Origin: an uncultured Muribaculaceae bacterium
GTDB lineage: Bacteria > Bacillota_I > Bacilli_A > RF39 > UBA660
DNA: 43,245 bases
Assembly: GCA_964465805.1 (NCBI GenBank)
Contig: CAYXLG010000005.1
Span: 1-43,245, forward strand
Direction: 5' to 3'
The notes under the pieces were generated by a model. The model was given only the letters and a program-made list of their open reading frames with translations. It had not been told where the DNA came from and made no database searches. Positions within the stretch are counted from its first letter, which is position 1. Each line of letters starts with the position of its first letter. The position numbers and the translations under genes were made by a program. Below are positions 33,446 to 43,245 of the stretch, piece by piece.

Positions 33446-34897
33446 TTATAAGATTACCATTGCTGTAGTTAATATAATAGCTGACACTATTGCAATAGTA
33501 AGTACTACTTTAAAGGCCCACTTGAACCAAGTCCTATATTCTACTTTAGCAAGTGCTAAGCCTCCCATAATTGAACCACAAGTTGGTGTAATTAAATTTA
33601 CCAGTCCATTTGCAGCAACAAAAATCATAATTGTTACTGATGGATTTAATCCAATACCATCTGCTACCGGAGCAACAATTGGTGTTGATAAGTTTGCTAA
33701 TCCCGAACTTGATGGCACTAAAATTGATAAGAAAATATGTAATAAATAATTCATTGGTGCAAAGACATATGCTGGGGTTCCTTGTAATGCATTAATAGCA
33801 TTTTCAATGATATAATGCCCTAAACCGGTTGTATTCATAATTACACTAATACCACGTGCAACTGCAATAATCATAACAACTTCAACAATTTCTCCTACAC
33901 CTTTCATAAATACTTGAATAATTCCTTCTTCTCCTAAATCAGCAACAATTCCAATAGTAACAGCCATAATTAAAAACCATGTTGCAGCATCTAAGAAATA
34001 AAAATATCCAAAACAATTACCTGTTAATATTGCTGACCAATGAGTTCCAGCATCAGCCACCTCTGGACTAATAATTCCAAAATCAACCCAAGGAATAAAT
34101 CCAATAATCATAACTACAAAAGTAAGTCCAAATAACCATAAAACGATTTTTTGACGACCTGTTAATGTAGCCTCATTTTCATGTTCTTTTTTAACAAATT
34201 CTTCTTCCATATCTTTTTTTTCTTGTAACGATAAGAAAGTAGAACCTTTATCTTTTTTGACCTTTTTCGCATATCTCATAACAAAAAACACTGAAATCAA
34301 ATATGCACTCAACCATAAAATTACACCTAAAGGTAAAATAATTGATTGATCTGCTGCAATACCTTCTGGTAATGCACTAATAGCAGCCCCTACTGCAAAA
34401 GGGTTAATTGTAGATCCAAGTACCCCAGAACCAGCACCCAACAATACAATCGCTGATCCAACAAGTGTATCATATCCTATTGCAACCATTGTTGCTGCTA
34501 GTAAAATATAAAAACCAACAGTTTCTTCCAGCATTCCATAAGTTGTTCCACCAATTGAAAAGATAAACATTAATACTGGAATAATCAATAATTCATTACC
34601 TTTCAATTTTTTAACAAGAGCAGCAATTCCGGTTTCTAATGCCCCTGTATGTTGAACAATACCAAGAAAACCACCAAGAATTAAAACGAAAATACAAACA
34701 TCTACGGCATCAACAAAACCATTTACTGGAGCCATAACAATATCTGATAGCTTAGCGTTTGTAACTTCTGGTATAAACCATGTAATAGCAGAAACTATAA
34801 CTAATAATATTAATATTATAGAAAATGCAGTAAGTCCCTTTTTACCCATATTTGTAGGTGACTTTGCTTTCTTTTTTATCTCTTCCATTCTTTTCAC
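33446..34897 (-). CDS. YfcC/DcuC-like (ArcD-family) membrane carrier, putative arginine:ornithine antiporter
   Basis: This polytopic 483-aa protein has a YfcC-type N-terminus ([25 protein letters not shown]). It is the last gene of the arc cluster and overlaps the arcC stop by 4 nt. Confidence 0.8.
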   Translation of the reverse strand: MKRMEEIKKKAKSPTNMGKKGLTAFSIILILLVIVSAITWFIPEVTNAKLSDIVMAPVNGFVDAVDVCIFVLILGGFLGIVQHTGALETGIAALVKKLKGNELLIIPVLMFIFSIGGTTYGMLEETVGFYILLAATMVAIGYDTLVGSAIVLLGAGSGVLGSTINPFAVGAAISALPEGIAADQSIILPLGVILWLSAYLISVFFVMRYAKKVKKDKGSTFLSLQEKKDMEEEFVKKEHENEATLTGRQKIVLWLFGLTFVVMIIGFIPWVDFGIISPEVADAGTHWSAILTGNCFGYFYFLDAATWFLIMAVTIGIVADLGEEGIIQVFMKGVGEIVEVVMIIAVARGISVIMNTTGLGHYIIENAINALQGTPAYVFAPMNYLLHIFLSILVPSSSGLANLSTPIVAPVADGIGLNPSVTIMIFVAANGLVNLITPTCGSIMGGLALAKVEYRTWFKWAFKVVLTIAIVSAIILTTAMVIL

Positions 34898-35832
34898 TCC
34901 TTAATTATTTTTGTACCTGTTTTTCCTTCAATTGCTTCTTTAACTTTGTCTAGTGAAGTAATAATAGCTTGGCCTTTTGGATTATTTTCAATAAAATCAA
35001 TACAAGCCTCTATCTTAGGTAACATACTTCCTTTGGCAAATTGATTTTCCAAAATATATTCCTTAGCCTTTTCGACTGATAACTCCTTTAAGGCCATAGC
35101 ATTTGGTTTACCGTAATTAATGTAAACTTGTTCTACAGCTGTTAAAATAAACAAGATATCAGCCTCCAAATCAATAGCTAATCTAGCACATGATTTGTCT
35201 TTATCAATGACAGCATCAACTCCTTTGTAACCAAGGTCAGTAACTACAACAGGAATTCCACCACCACCAATAGCAATAACAATATTTTTATCATCAACCA
35301 ATTGCTTAATACTATCAAGTTCGATAATACTAATTGGGTTAGGAGAGGGTACAACTCTCCTATAACCACGACCAGCATCCTCGATAAATTGATAGCCTGT
35401 TTCTTTAACAAGTTGTTTAGCTTGTTCTTTTGTGTAAAATATACCAATTGGTTTGGTCGGGTTAGTAAAAGCCTTATCGTTAGCATCAACTAGAACTTGT
35501 GTTATTAATGTCACACAATTTTGAGAAAGTTTTCTCATTTTAAGTTCATTAATAATTGCTTGTTGCAAGTGATAACCGATATACCCCTGACTCATTGCAC
35601 CACATTCAGGAAAAGGAATAATTGGAGTACCTGCATCATTGTTATATGCAAACTCCATTCCAGTATTAATCATTCCTACTTGCGGACCATTACCATGACC
35701 AATGATAATTTTATTGCCATCTACTATTAAATCAACAATGCTTTTGGCAGTTGATTTAACCAAATTTAATTGCTCTACTGGGTCATTCCCAAGAGCATTT
35801 CCTCCTAAAGCAATTACAATCTTATTGTTCAT
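34894..35832 (-). CDS. arcC: Carbamate kinase
   Basis: [15 protein letters not shown]..., GHGNGPQVG and GGGGIPV are classic carbamate kinase motifs. Confidence 0.95.
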   Translation of the reverse strand: MNNKIVIALGGNALGNDPVEQLNLVKSTAKSIVDLIVDGNKIIIGHGNGPQVGMINTGMEFAYNNDAGTPIIPFPECGAMSQGYIGYHLQQAIINELKMRKLSQNCVTLITQVLVDANDKAFTNPTKPIGIFYTKEQAKQLVKETGYQFIEDAGRGYRRVVPSPNPISIIELDSIKQLVDDKNIVIAIGGGGIPVVVTDLGYKGVDAVIDKDKSCARLAIDLEADILFILTAVEQVYINYGKPNAMALKELSVEKAKEYILENQFAKGSMLPKIEACIDFIENNPKGQAIITSLDKVKEAIEGKTGTKIIKE

Positions 35833-36856
35833 CTAATACCTCTAATTTTTCTAGTTCATCAAACTCTTCATTAGATAAAGTTGCGTACATAATTGCCTTA
35901 ATTGTATGCATTCTATTTTCAGCCTGTTCAAATACTAAAGATTTTTCAGACTCAAACACTTCATCAGTTACTTCCATTTCTTTTAATCCATACTTAACAT
36001 ATACATCTCTAGCAACAAAAGTATTTAAATCGTGAAATGATGGTAAACAATGTAAGAAAATGCAGTTTGGATTAGCAATATCCATCACACGTTTGTTTAC
36101 TTGATAAGGCTTCAAGAGTCCAACTCTTTGTGACCAAATATAATCCGGTTCCCCCATTGATACCCAAACATCAGTATAAATAATATTTGCATTAGCTACA
36201 CCTTCATCAACATTACTAGTTATAGTAATAGTTGTCCCATTTTTCTCAGCTAGCATACGACTTGTTTTAATTAGATTTAAGTTAGGATATAATTCACTTG
36301 GAGTTACACAAGTATAATTAATTCCCATCTTAGCACACATAACCATTAATGAATTAGCAACATTATTTCTTCCATCACCCATATATACTAGTTTTAATCC
36401 TCTTAAATATCCAAAATGTTCTTCAATCGTTAATAAATCTCCGATCATTTGAGTTGGATGAAAGGTATCTGTTAAACCATTCCACACAGGAACACCTGAA
36501 AATTTTGCTAATTGCTCAACATGATGTTGCTCAAACCCACGATATTCAATACCATTATATAATCTTCCAAGAACTCTAGCAGTATCTTCAATACTTTCTT
36601 TTTTACCCATTTGACTACTACCAGCTTCTAAATATGTTACTCCCATCCCCAGATCATAACCAGCAACCTCAAATGAACATCTAGTTCTTGTCGAAGTTTT
36701 TTCAAACAAGATAACAATATTTTTACCTTCTAAGTATTTATGAGGAATATTATTTTTTTTCATCAATTTGAATCTTTTGCCAAGTTCTAAAATATAAAGT
36801 ATCTCATCTTCTGAATAATCTAATAGCTTTAAAAAACTTTTCCCCTTTAAATTCAT
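35822..36856 (-). CDS. arcB: Ornithine carbamoyltransferase (catabolic context)
   Basis: STRTRCSFE (carbamoyl-phosphate site), HPTQ, DVWVSMG and HCLP motifs are present. Confidence 0.95.
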   Translation of the reverse strand: MNLKGKSFLKLLDYSEDEILYILELGKRFKLMKKNNIPHKYLEGKNIVILFEKTSTRTRCSFEVAGYDLGMGVTYLEAGSSQMGKKESIEDTARVLGRLYNGIEYRGFEQHHVEQLAKFSGVPVWNGLTDTFHPTQMIGDLLTIEEHFGYLRGLKLVYMGDGRNNVANSLMVMCAKMGINYTCVTPSELYPNLNLIKTSRMLAEKNGTTITITSNVDEGVANANIIYTDVWVSMGEPDYIWSQRVGLLKPYQVNKRVMDIANPNCIFLHCLPSFHDLNTFVARDVYVKYGLKEMEVTDEVFESEKSLVFEQAENRMHTIKAIMYATLSNEEFDELEKLEVLDEQ

Positions 36857-36871
36857 ATTATAGTCCCCTCT

Positions 36872-38110
36872 TTAATTTTCTCTATATAACGGCATACTCA
36901 TACATCTTGGGCCTCCACGACCACGCGATAATTCACTTCCATGCATTTCTAATACTTTTAATCCATATCTTCTTAAAAGTGCATTGGTAATGTTATTTCG
37001 ATCATAAACAATAACTACACCTGGTGCGATACATAATGTATTAGAGCCATCATTCCATTGTTCACGTTCTGAAATAATTTGATCTCCAGCACCACAAGGA
37101 ATTAAAGTTATATCTCGACCTAAATACTTTTCTAAAATATTTTCTAAACCGTCTTCCATTTTTTTTACATTAATTAGATTCTCTTCGTGGTCACCTTCTC
37201 TTGGTGTAATTTCAAATACTTCTAGAGTTTCCATAATACCAGGATGATAAGTAAATTTATCATAATCAATTTGTGTAAATACTGTATCAAGGTGCATAAA
37301 GGCACGGCAATTTGGTATTTTAAATGCCAAAATAGTATTAATCCTTGAGGTAGGATCTTTAAATAAATTAGCAGCTAATAATTCAATACTTTCTGGTAGT
37401 GTTCTTTGAGAAATACCAATTGCTAAAGTATTTTCGTTAAGTACTAAAATGTCCCCACCCTCAATATGATAATCATTATATCTGTCATAATATTTAGTAA
37501 CCATATCCTTGTAATCAGGATGATACTTAAATATATACTCTGCATAAATTGTTTCTCTATTTCTTGTAACAGCATACATTCTATTTAAACTTATACCATT
37601 ACCGATAGATGCAAAAGGATCCCTTGTAAAAACCAAATTTGGCATCGGATCAGCTAAAAATTTATTTTCCTCAGTAACTAAATCAACAAGTGAGTGTTCC
37701 TCATCTCTTTCCATAGCATGAAGTTCATTAATATTAATACCCTCCATTGTTTTTAGCACTAATTCTTTAGTATCCTGGAAATTATTTAAAAATTCATAAA
37801 CAACTTCTTTGTACTTAGGTGTTGTAATACCTGCTTCCTTAATAAACTGTCTTAAAAATTTTTCCCTAATTTCAGGACTTAAATCTAATGTTTCAACCAT
37901 TAAATCTTCCAAATAAACAACTTCTGCACCATTGTCCCGCATGATTTGTACAAATTCATCATGCTCATCTTGTGCAACTTTTAGATAAGGAATATCATCA
38001 AATAACAACCTAGTAAGTGAATCTGGTGTTAAATTTAGGAATTCATTACCTGGACGGTGCACCAACACCTTTTTTAATGTTTTAATTTCGTTATTAACAT
38101 TAATAACCAT
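36872..38110 (-). CDS. arcA: Arginine deiminase
   Basis: The N-terminus has LKKVLVHRPGNE. FTRDP, MHLDTVF and the C-terminal catalytic Cys in GGPRCMSMPL are present. Confidence 0.95.
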   Translation of the reverse strand: MVINVNNEIKTLKKVLVHRPGNEFLNLTPDSLTRLLFDDIPYLKVAQDEHDEFVQIMRDNGAEVVYLEDLMVETLDLSPEIREKFLRQFIKEAGITTPKYKEVVYEFLNNFQDTKELVLKTMEGININELHAMERDEEHSLVDLVTEENKFLADPMPNLVFTRDPFASIGNGISLNRMYAVTRNRETIYAEYIFKYHPDYKDMVTKYYDRYNDYHIEGGDILVLNENTLAIGISQRTLPESIELLAANLFKDPTSRINTILAFKIPNCRAFMHLDTVFTQIDYDKFTYHPGIMETLEVFEITPREGDHEENLINVKKMEDGLENILEKYLGRDITLIPCGAGDQIISEREQWNDGSNTLCIAPGVVIVYDRNNITNALLRRYGLKVLEMHGSELSRGRGGPRCMSMPLYREN

Positions 38111-38151
38111 AACTTTCCTCCTTCTTAATCCTGTATATAAAATCTTGCGAT

Positions 38152-38871
38152 TTAGGACCTAATTTTACTAAAAAAAACTTTCAATCTTTCACTTTTAGGA
38201 TGATTAAACATTTGTGTAGCAGTACCCTCTTCGATAATTTTTCCTTCATCAATGAAAATCACGCGATCAGCAAAACCTCTTGCAAAATTCATTTCATGAG
38301 TAACAACAATCATAGTCATCCCTTTAACTGCAATTTCGTTCATTAAATCTAAAACTTCCTTAATCATTTCTGGATCAAGTGCACTTGTAGGCTCATCAAC
38401 CAATAATAATTTTGGTGATAGCATTAAACTTCTAATAATTGCAATTCGTTGCTTTTCCCCTCCGGATAATTGATGGGGATATTTATCTATCTTTTGTAAT
38501 AATTTAAATGATTCTAATAACTTTAAAGCTTTTTTTAAAGCTTCTTCCTTAGTTAAAATTTTTAATTTAATAGGCGCTAAAGTAAGGTTTTCCCTAACAG
38601 TTAAATGATCAAACAAATTATAGTTTTGAAAAATCATACCTATTTCTTGTCTTAAAACTGTTTTTTCATATTCATTTATATTTTTACCATTATAAATTAT
38701 TTGCCCACTGGTAGGTTTCTCTAGTAAATTAATACATCTTAGGAATGTTGATTTGCCACATCCACTAGGACCGATAATAACTATTTTCTCATTTTTTTTA
38801 ATTGAAATATTAATGTTATCTAGTGCTAAAATATTGTTAAATTTTTTAGTTAAGTTTAATATTTTAAGCAT
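38152..38871 (-). CDS. Polar amino-acid ABC transporter ATP-binding protein (GlnQ/ArtP-like)
   Basis: GPSGCGKST, LSGGEKQR and LLLVDEPTSALD are present. The start is moved to ATG 38871, with GAGGTG 6 nt upstream. It overlaps the permease stop codon. Confidence 0.9.
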   Translation of the reverse strand: MLKILNLTKKFNNILALDNINISIKKNEKIVIIGPSGCGKSTFLRCINLLEKPTSGQIIYNGKNINEYEKTVLRQEIGMIFQNYNLFDHLTVRENLTLAPIKLKILTKEEALKKALKLLESFKLLQKIDKYPHQLSGGEKQRIAIIRSLMLSPKLLLVDEPTSALDPEMIKEVLDLMNEIAVKGMTMIVVTHEMNFARGFADRVIFIDEGKIIEEGTATQMFNHPKSERLKVFFSKIRS

Positions 38872-39535
38872 TAATAACACCTCTTTCAAGTTTTTTAAGT
38901 AACTTAGTTATTCCTAGAGTTAATACTAAATAAATTAAAGCTGTTATTATTAAAGGTAGAAAATAATCATAAGTTCTAGAAGCAATAATATCACCAGCTT
39001 TAGTTAAATCTCTAATGCCAATATAACCAGCTACCGATGTTTCTTTAATTAAGGTAACAAATTCATTCCCCAAAGGTGGCAATGAATTTTTAAAAGCTTG
39101 TGGTAAAATAATATATCTCATTATTTGAGAATAACTAAGTCCCAGACTTTTACCTGCCTCCATTTGTCCTTTATCTATTGATTCAATACCAGCTCGAAAT
39201 ATTTCAGATACATAAGCACCTGAATTAATTCCAAATGATATTAATCCAATTAATAGTATATTAATTGTTGAAGTCTTGAAAATAATATAATATATAATCA
39301 TTAATTGAACTAACACCGGTGTACCTCTAATAATAATTACATACATATTAGCTAATAAATTTAACATTTTATGAGTTTTATTTTCCTTATAATTATGCTT
39401 AATTAAAGTAATGATCAACCCAATAATAACTCCTAGTATTGTAGCACCAATAGTCATAATTAAAGTATTCTTAAGACCATTTAAAATAAGTAAATATCTG
39501 TCATCAACAATTAATGTCTTATAAAGATTTTTCAT
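38864..39535 (-). CDS. Polar amino-acid ABC transporter permease (HisMQ family)
   Basis: This 223-aa multi-TM protein has the loop GQMEAGKSLGLSYSQIMRYIILPQA, typical of His/Glu/Gln/Arg/opine family permeases. Confidence 0.88.
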   Translation of the reverse strand: MKNLYKTLIVDDRYLLILNGLKNTLIMTIGATILGVIIGLIITLIKHNYKENKTHKMLNLLANMYVIIIRGTPVLVQLMIIYYIIFKTSTINILLIGLISFGINSGAYVSEIFRAGIESIDKGQMEAGKSLGLSYSQIMRYIILPQAFKNSLPPLGNEFVTLIKETSVAGYIGIRDLTKAGDIIASRTYDYFLPLIITALIYLVLTLGITKLLKKLERGVINA

Positions 39536-39546
39536 ACTATTTTCTC

Positions 39547-40266
39547 CTACCTGTTGGTATGATTTAATGTGAATTCTTCAATCTTACCATTTTCCATCAA
39601 ATCTTTTAGTACAATATTTATTGAATCTAAAAGCTCAGCATTGCCTTTTGCGACTGCTGCTGCATATTTATCAGTAAATAATTCAATATCTAATATTATC
39701 AACTCAGGATTATTTTTAATTAATTCACTTGCTGGAAGAACATCCATAATTAAACAATCCGCTTTTTTACTTTTTACATCCTGTGAAGCACTTAAAAATT
39801 TCTTCTGTTGAATAACTTGGGCCCCTTCTATATCTTTTGAAACAAATATATCTGCAACACTACCAAGTTGTACTGCAATTTTTTTACCTTTTAAATCATC
39901 AACATTTTTTATATCAGTATCTTTCAAAGCAACAACAACTTGTCGACTTTCTGCATACTCAATTGAAAAATCAACTTCCTCTAATCTTTCCTTAGTAATT
40001 GACATCCCAGCCAATGCAAAATCAGCTTTCTTACTATTAAGTTCATTAATAATGGAATCGAAAGCCACCTCTTTAACCACTAATTTCTTGCCCATATTTT
40101 TAGCAATCTCCTTAGCAATTTCAATATCTACACCAACAATTTTCCCGTTCTCATAATATTCATATGGGGCAAAACCTGCCTCAGTAACCATTACAATAGT
40201 ATCTTTATTTTTAGTACAACCACCAATCAAAATGACACATAAGACTAACAAAATTATCTTTTTCAT
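39547..40266 (-). CDS. Polar amino-acid ABC transporter substrate-binding lipoprotein
   Basis: A lipobox is present (LLVLCVILIGG|C). The SBP family 3 pattern appears as GFAPYEY...GVDIEIAKEIAK...FDSIINELNSKKADFALAGMSIT. Confidence 0.88.
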   Translation of the reverse strand: MKKIILLVLCVILIGGCTKNKDTIVMVTEAGFAPYEYYENGKIVGVDIEIAKEIAKNMGKKLVVKEVAFDSIINELNSKKADFALAGMSITKERLEEVDFSIEYAESRQVVVALKDTDIKNVDDLKGKKIAVQLGSVADIFVSKDIEGAQVIQQKKFLSASQDVKSKKADCLIMDVLPASELIKNNPELIILDIELFTDKYAAAVAKGNAELLDSINIVLKDLMENGKIEEFTLNHTNR

Positions 40267-40301
40267 TGTTATATCGTACCTCTTATCTCTATTATAAAAT
40301 A

Positions 40302-40329
40302 ATTATAGCACAGTTTTTTAGGTTGTAAA
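40302..40329 (-). promoter_or_regulatory. Sigma-A promoter candidate for the ABC-arc operon
   Basis: The minus strand reads TTTACA (rc 40324-29), a 16-nt spacer, then TGcTATAAT (rc 40302-10). Confidence 0.45.
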
Positions 40330-40360
40330 TATATCTCATTTTCGTTTGTCATGCCATTTA

Positions 40361-40390
40361 CAAAAAAAGAATTTCGTTTTATGAAATTCT
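40361..40390 (-). terminator. Rho-independent terminator after tsaD
   Basis: AGAATTTC (40368-75) pairs with GAAATTCT (40383-90). The A7 run on the + strand gives a U-tract on the minus RNA. Confidence 0.65.
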
Positions 40391-40400
40391 CATCCTTTTT

Positions 40401-41405
40401 CTAATTTAATTTATCTGTTGGTTTTGCTTTTAAAACATTATCAAATCGACGTCCCATTTTATAAGCATAATAACCTGCTGCACCAATCATTGCAGCATTA
40501 TCGGTACAATATTTAATATTAGGGATTGACAAGTTAATTTCATTATCACGGCATAACTCAGTTAGTCTTTGTCGTAACCCATGATTAGCTGCTACCCCAC
40601 CTGCCAAAATTAAATTATTAACATCATATTTTTTTAAAGCCCTCATGGTTTTTTTGGTTAAAATTTCCACAACGCGGTTTTGAAATGAAGATGCCAAATT
40701 AACAACATTTATTTCATTTCCTCTTTGTTTTTCGTTATGATTCAAATTTATAACAGCACTTTTCAAACCACTAAAACTAAAATCAAATGATGAATCATCC
40801 ATTGGTAGTGGTAAATCATATGTATCTTCACCTTGAAGTGCTAATTCATCGATAAGTGGTCCACCAGGATAACTAAGACCAAGTACCCTTGCTACTTTAT
40901 CATACGCTTCACCAACAGCATCATCAACTGTACCGCCAATATACTTAAAAGAATAATCATCTTCCATAAGAATTAATTCGGTATGACCACCACTTACTAC
41001 TAAAGCAATTAACGGAAATTCCATCTGTTTTTCTAAATTATTAGCATATATATGACCAGCAATATGATGAACTGGTATAAGTGGTTTATTATAGATAAGC
41101 GAAAGCGTTTTAGCTGCAACCAAACCTATTAACAATGATCCAATTAATCCTGGACCATAAGTAACAGCAATAACATCTATTTCTTCCATTTTCATATTAG
41201 CTTTTTCTAAAACATCTTCTATTACTATTGTAATATTTTCAATATGAGTTCGACTCGCTGTTTCAGGAACTACACCACCAAATTTAGCATGAATATCGAT
41301 TTGCGACAAAACAACCGTTGCAATTTCTTTATGACCATTTTTAATAATTGAAACACTTGTTTCATCACAACTAGTTTCAAACGCTAAAACATATACATCT
41401 TTCAT
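40401..41405 (-). CDS. tsaD: tRNA N6-adenosine threonylcarbamoyltransferase TsaD
   Basis: [21 protein letters not shown] (metal-binding His pair) and VSGGHTEL are present. The start is set at ATG 41405, with GAGGGG 8 nt upstream. Confidence 0.95.
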   Translation of the reverse strand: MKDVYVLAFETSCDETSVSIIKNGHKEIATVVLSQIDIHAKFGGVVPETASRTHIENITIVIEDVLEKANMKMEEIDVIAVTYGPGLIGSLLIGLVAAKTLSLIYNKPLIPVHHIAGHIYANNLEKQMEFPLIALVVSGGHTELILMEDDYSFKYIGGTVDDAVGEAYDKVARVLGLSYPGGPLIDELALQGEDTYDLPLPMDDSSFDFSFSGLKSAVINLNHNEKQRGNEINVVNLASSFQNRVVEILTKKTMRALKKYDVNNLILAGGVAANHGLRQRLTELCRDNEINLSIPNIKYCTDNAAMIGAAGYYAYKMGRRFDNVLKAKPTDKLN

Positions 41406-41406
41406 T

Positions 41407-41817
41407 CTATTCACCCCTCATATACATTAGGGCATCCTCATTGCCATAATATTTTTTTCTAACACAAACTTCCTTAAAGCCTAAACTCTCGTATAATTTT
41501 CTAGCTACAATATTACTTAATCTAACCTCTAATGATATATTTTCATAATCTTCGCTTAAGTCAATAACATGTTGGATTAATTTTGTAGCAATTTTATTCT
41601 CACGATATTCTTCTAATACATATAAATAATCAATTTCAATTCGATTATAAATAATTGAATATTTTAAAACACCAACAATAGTATTATTAATTACATAAAC
41701 AATACAATTAAAAAAAGGATGTTTTAACATATCAACTGAAATAAATTCATTAGAATCAAGTTTTTTTATTAATTCATTTACTATTTCTAAATCACTAACG
41801 TCTATTTTTTTTATCAT
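41407..41817 (-). CDS. rimI: GNAT acetyltransferase, RimI-type (ribosomal-protein-alanine N-acetyltransferase)
   Basis: A GNAT core ([35 protein letters not shown]) is present. The position between tsaB and tsaD is the conserved one. Confidence 0.8.
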   Translation of the reverse strand: MIKKIDVSDLEIVNELIKKLDSNEFISVDMLKHPFFNCIVYVINNTIVGVLKYSIIYNRIEIDYLYVLEEYRENKIATKLIQHVIDLSEDYENISLEVRLSNIVARKLYESLGFKEVCVRKKYYGNEDALMYMRGE

Positions 41818-42451
41818 TTCTATTTCTTTTTTCTAAATTAATTTCAGCATCTATTCTTTTTAAATAATTTGGTTTAATTAAATGAACATTAGCTGATTCA
41901 TCATTAATATGCTTATTAACTATTTTTATAATATCTAAAGTAGGTTCTACCACTTCACAATCAATATCTAGTTTATCATACCCAATCATAACATAATCAT
42001 CAATACTCTTTAACTCATCCAATAATTCAGATATATGTAAAAATCTATCTTTCATATAAATATTTAATTGACTATCATAAATTCCTGCATATAAATAACC
42101 ATTACGATCATTAATAAACGGTACAAGATATTTATTATCCACAGCAGTGGTTGCATATAGTTCCAAAGTAGAAATCGGTATAATTGGTATTTTTAAAGCC
42201 CAAGCCATAGTTTTGGCAATAGTCAATCCTACTCTAACTCCTGTAAATGAACCTGGTCCATTAACGATAAAAACTTTATCGATGTCATTAATTTTTATTC
42301 CACTTTTTTTAAAAACATCTTCTAAATATATAAAAATATTTTCAGATAGTTTAGGGCTATTAATAATAGAAAAATTATTAACAATTACATTATTAATAAT
42401 AATTGCAGCATTAATATTATAAGCTGAAGTATCTAGAAAAAGGTATTTCAT
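41795..42451 (-). CDS. tsaB: tRNA threonylcarbamoyladenosine biosynthesis protein TsaB
   Basis: MKYLFLDTS... and NGPGSFTGVRVGLTIAK are present. The start ATG 42451 forms an ATGA overlap with the tsaE stop; the track start is 5 codons too long. Confidence 0.9.
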   Translation of the reverse strand: MKYLFLDTSAYNINAAIIINNVIVNNFSIINSPKLSENIFIYLEDVFKKSGIKINDIDKVFIVNGPGSFTGVRVGLTIAKTMAWALKIPIIPISTLELYATTAVDNKYLVPFINDRNGYLYAGIYDSQLNIYMKDRFLHISELLDELKSIDDYVMIGYDKLDIDCEVVEPTLDIIKIVNKHINDESANVHLIKPNYLKRIDAEINLEKRNRNDKKNRR

Positions 42452-42897
42452 AATATAGCACCACAAATATCTTCATATTGTTGACCATGTGGTTTAATAA
42501 TTAAAACACGTTTGTTTTCTCCAGCAATCTTAAATTTAATATCAAGCCTTTCCTTTGGTAAAATGGATTTAATAGTATCTGCCCATTCAATAACTACCAT
42601 ACCATTTTTATTAAAATATTCTTCTATTCCTATATCTTCAACATTACCATCTAAGCGATATACATCCATATGGTATAGAGGTAATTCTCCTTCGTACTCT
42701 TTAATTATTGTAAAAGTCGGAGAAGTAATATTATCTTTTATTCCAAGAGCTGTAGCAATACCTTTGGTAAACATTGTTTTCCCGCTACCTAACTCTCCCT
42801 CTAAGCAAATGATCATATTAGGAAATTTTTCCGATTCCAAATTTTGTGCAACTTCAAATGTTTCTCTCTCATTATTAGTTATAATTTTATATTCCAT
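42448..42897 (-). CDS. tsaE: tRNA threonylcarbamoyladenosine biosynthesis ATPase TsaE
   Basis: The P-loop GELGSGKTMFTKG, then SPTFTIIKEY and HMDVYRL, are present. Confidence 0.92.
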   Translation of the reverse strand: MEYKIITNNERETFEVAQNLESEKFPNMIICLEGELGSGKTMFTKGIATALGIKDNITSPTFTIIKEYEGELPLYHMDVYRLDGNVEDIGIEEYFNKNGMVVIEWADTIKSILPKERLDIKFKIAGENKRVLIIKPHGQQYEDICGAIL

Positions 42898-42981
42898 TTA
42901 TATCACCATAATAATTATATAAGACTTTCACTATAAAAACAATATATTGTTAGCTTTTTATATAGAATATATCACAAAAAT

Positions 42982-43007
42982 AAAAAAATAGGGGAAACCC
43001 TATTTTT
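42982..43007. terminator. Bidirectional terminator at the end of the rRNA operon
   Basis: ATAGGG-GAAA-CCCTAT (42988-43003) is flanked by an A-run (42982-88) and a T-run (43003-07). Confidence 0.65.
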
Positions 43008-43017
43008 AAACAAAAAA

Positions 43018-43123
43018 AATTGGCAACTACCTATCTTCGCTTACACTATTGTCGGCGTGAAAGTGCTTAACTTCTGTGTTCGGAATGAGAACAGGTGTAT
43101 CCACTTTGCTATCGTTACCAATT
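43018..43123 (-). rRNA. rrf: 5S rRNA, unusually short (about 102-106 nt)
   Basis: The rc reads UUGGUAACGAUAGCAAAGUGGAUACACCUGUUCUCAUUCCGAACACAGAAGUUAAGCACUUUCACGCCGACAAUAGUGUAAGCGAAGAUAGGUAGUUGCCAA. The conserved CCGAACAC..GAAGUUAAGC core is present. Helix I closes as UUGGUAAC/GUUGCCAA. The ends are uncertain by +/-3 nt. Confidence 0.85.
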
Positions 43124-43194
43124 TAATATATAAATATAATTCTCTGAAAACTTAGATAATGTGGGTTCTATCAAATATTTAAAAAATAATTATG

Positions 43195-43245
43195 ATTAAA
43201 TCCTCGTTCTATTAGTATTAGTCAGCTTAACATGTCACCATGCTT
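43195..43245 (-). rRNA. rrl: 23S rRNA, extreme 3' end (partial; continues beyond the right edge)
   Basis: The rc AAGCATGGTGACATGTTAAGCTGACTAATACTAATAGAACGAGGATTTAATC matches the conserved 23S 3' terminus; B. subtilis has ...GGCGACACATGGAGCTGACAGATACTAATCGATCGAGGACTTAACC. Confidence 0.8.

Overview
Very AT-rich chromosomal segment from a low-GC monoderm (Bacillota, probably Erysipelotrichia-like or Mollicutes-related). It uses genetic code 11: TGA terminates pcrA, feoA, tsaE and the Fic antitoxin. 32 of the 36 coding genes I call, plus both rRNA genes, are on the minus strand, and most content is core housekeeping. Features from left to right:
- A truncated YfhO-family membrane protein and an orphan type IV pilin gene.
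- valS behind a T-box leader.
- A ComGG-like/LamG protein and a PASTA-polysaccharide deacetylase.
- A sporulation pair (spoVID-like and ysxE-like), then lon, ligA and pcrA.
- A small accessory patch: a class I Fic toxin with a VbhA-like antitoxin, plus one orphan protein.
- A NitT/TauT-type ABC transporter.
- A 2554-aa cyclic beta-1,2-glucan synthase-like gene (GT84-like + cyclization region + GH94) translationally coupled to pgi and pgm.
- feoAB divergent from a DtxR/MntR-family regulator, followed by a 68-aa Cys/Lys-rich protein with a tandem CVx[LI]NVYTxC motif.
- A seven-gene arginine unit: polar amino-acid ABC importer + arcA-arcB-arcC + YfcC/ArcD-type carrier.
- tsaE-tsaB-rimI-tsaD.
- The 3' end of an rRNA operon: the 23S 3' tail and an unusually short 5S.

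I saw no CRISPR array, transposase, integrase, phage genes or tRNA genes. The most interesting items:
- The Cgs-like giant gene with its pgi/pgm coupling in a cell that has no periplasm.
- The repeat-motif Cys-rich mini-protein, together with the palindromes in the feoA/regulator intergenic region.
- The FicTA module with its neighbouring orphan gene.
- The pilin-like LamG protein.
- The truncated 5S rRNA.

All calls come from reading motifs by eye. No database search or folding was run.
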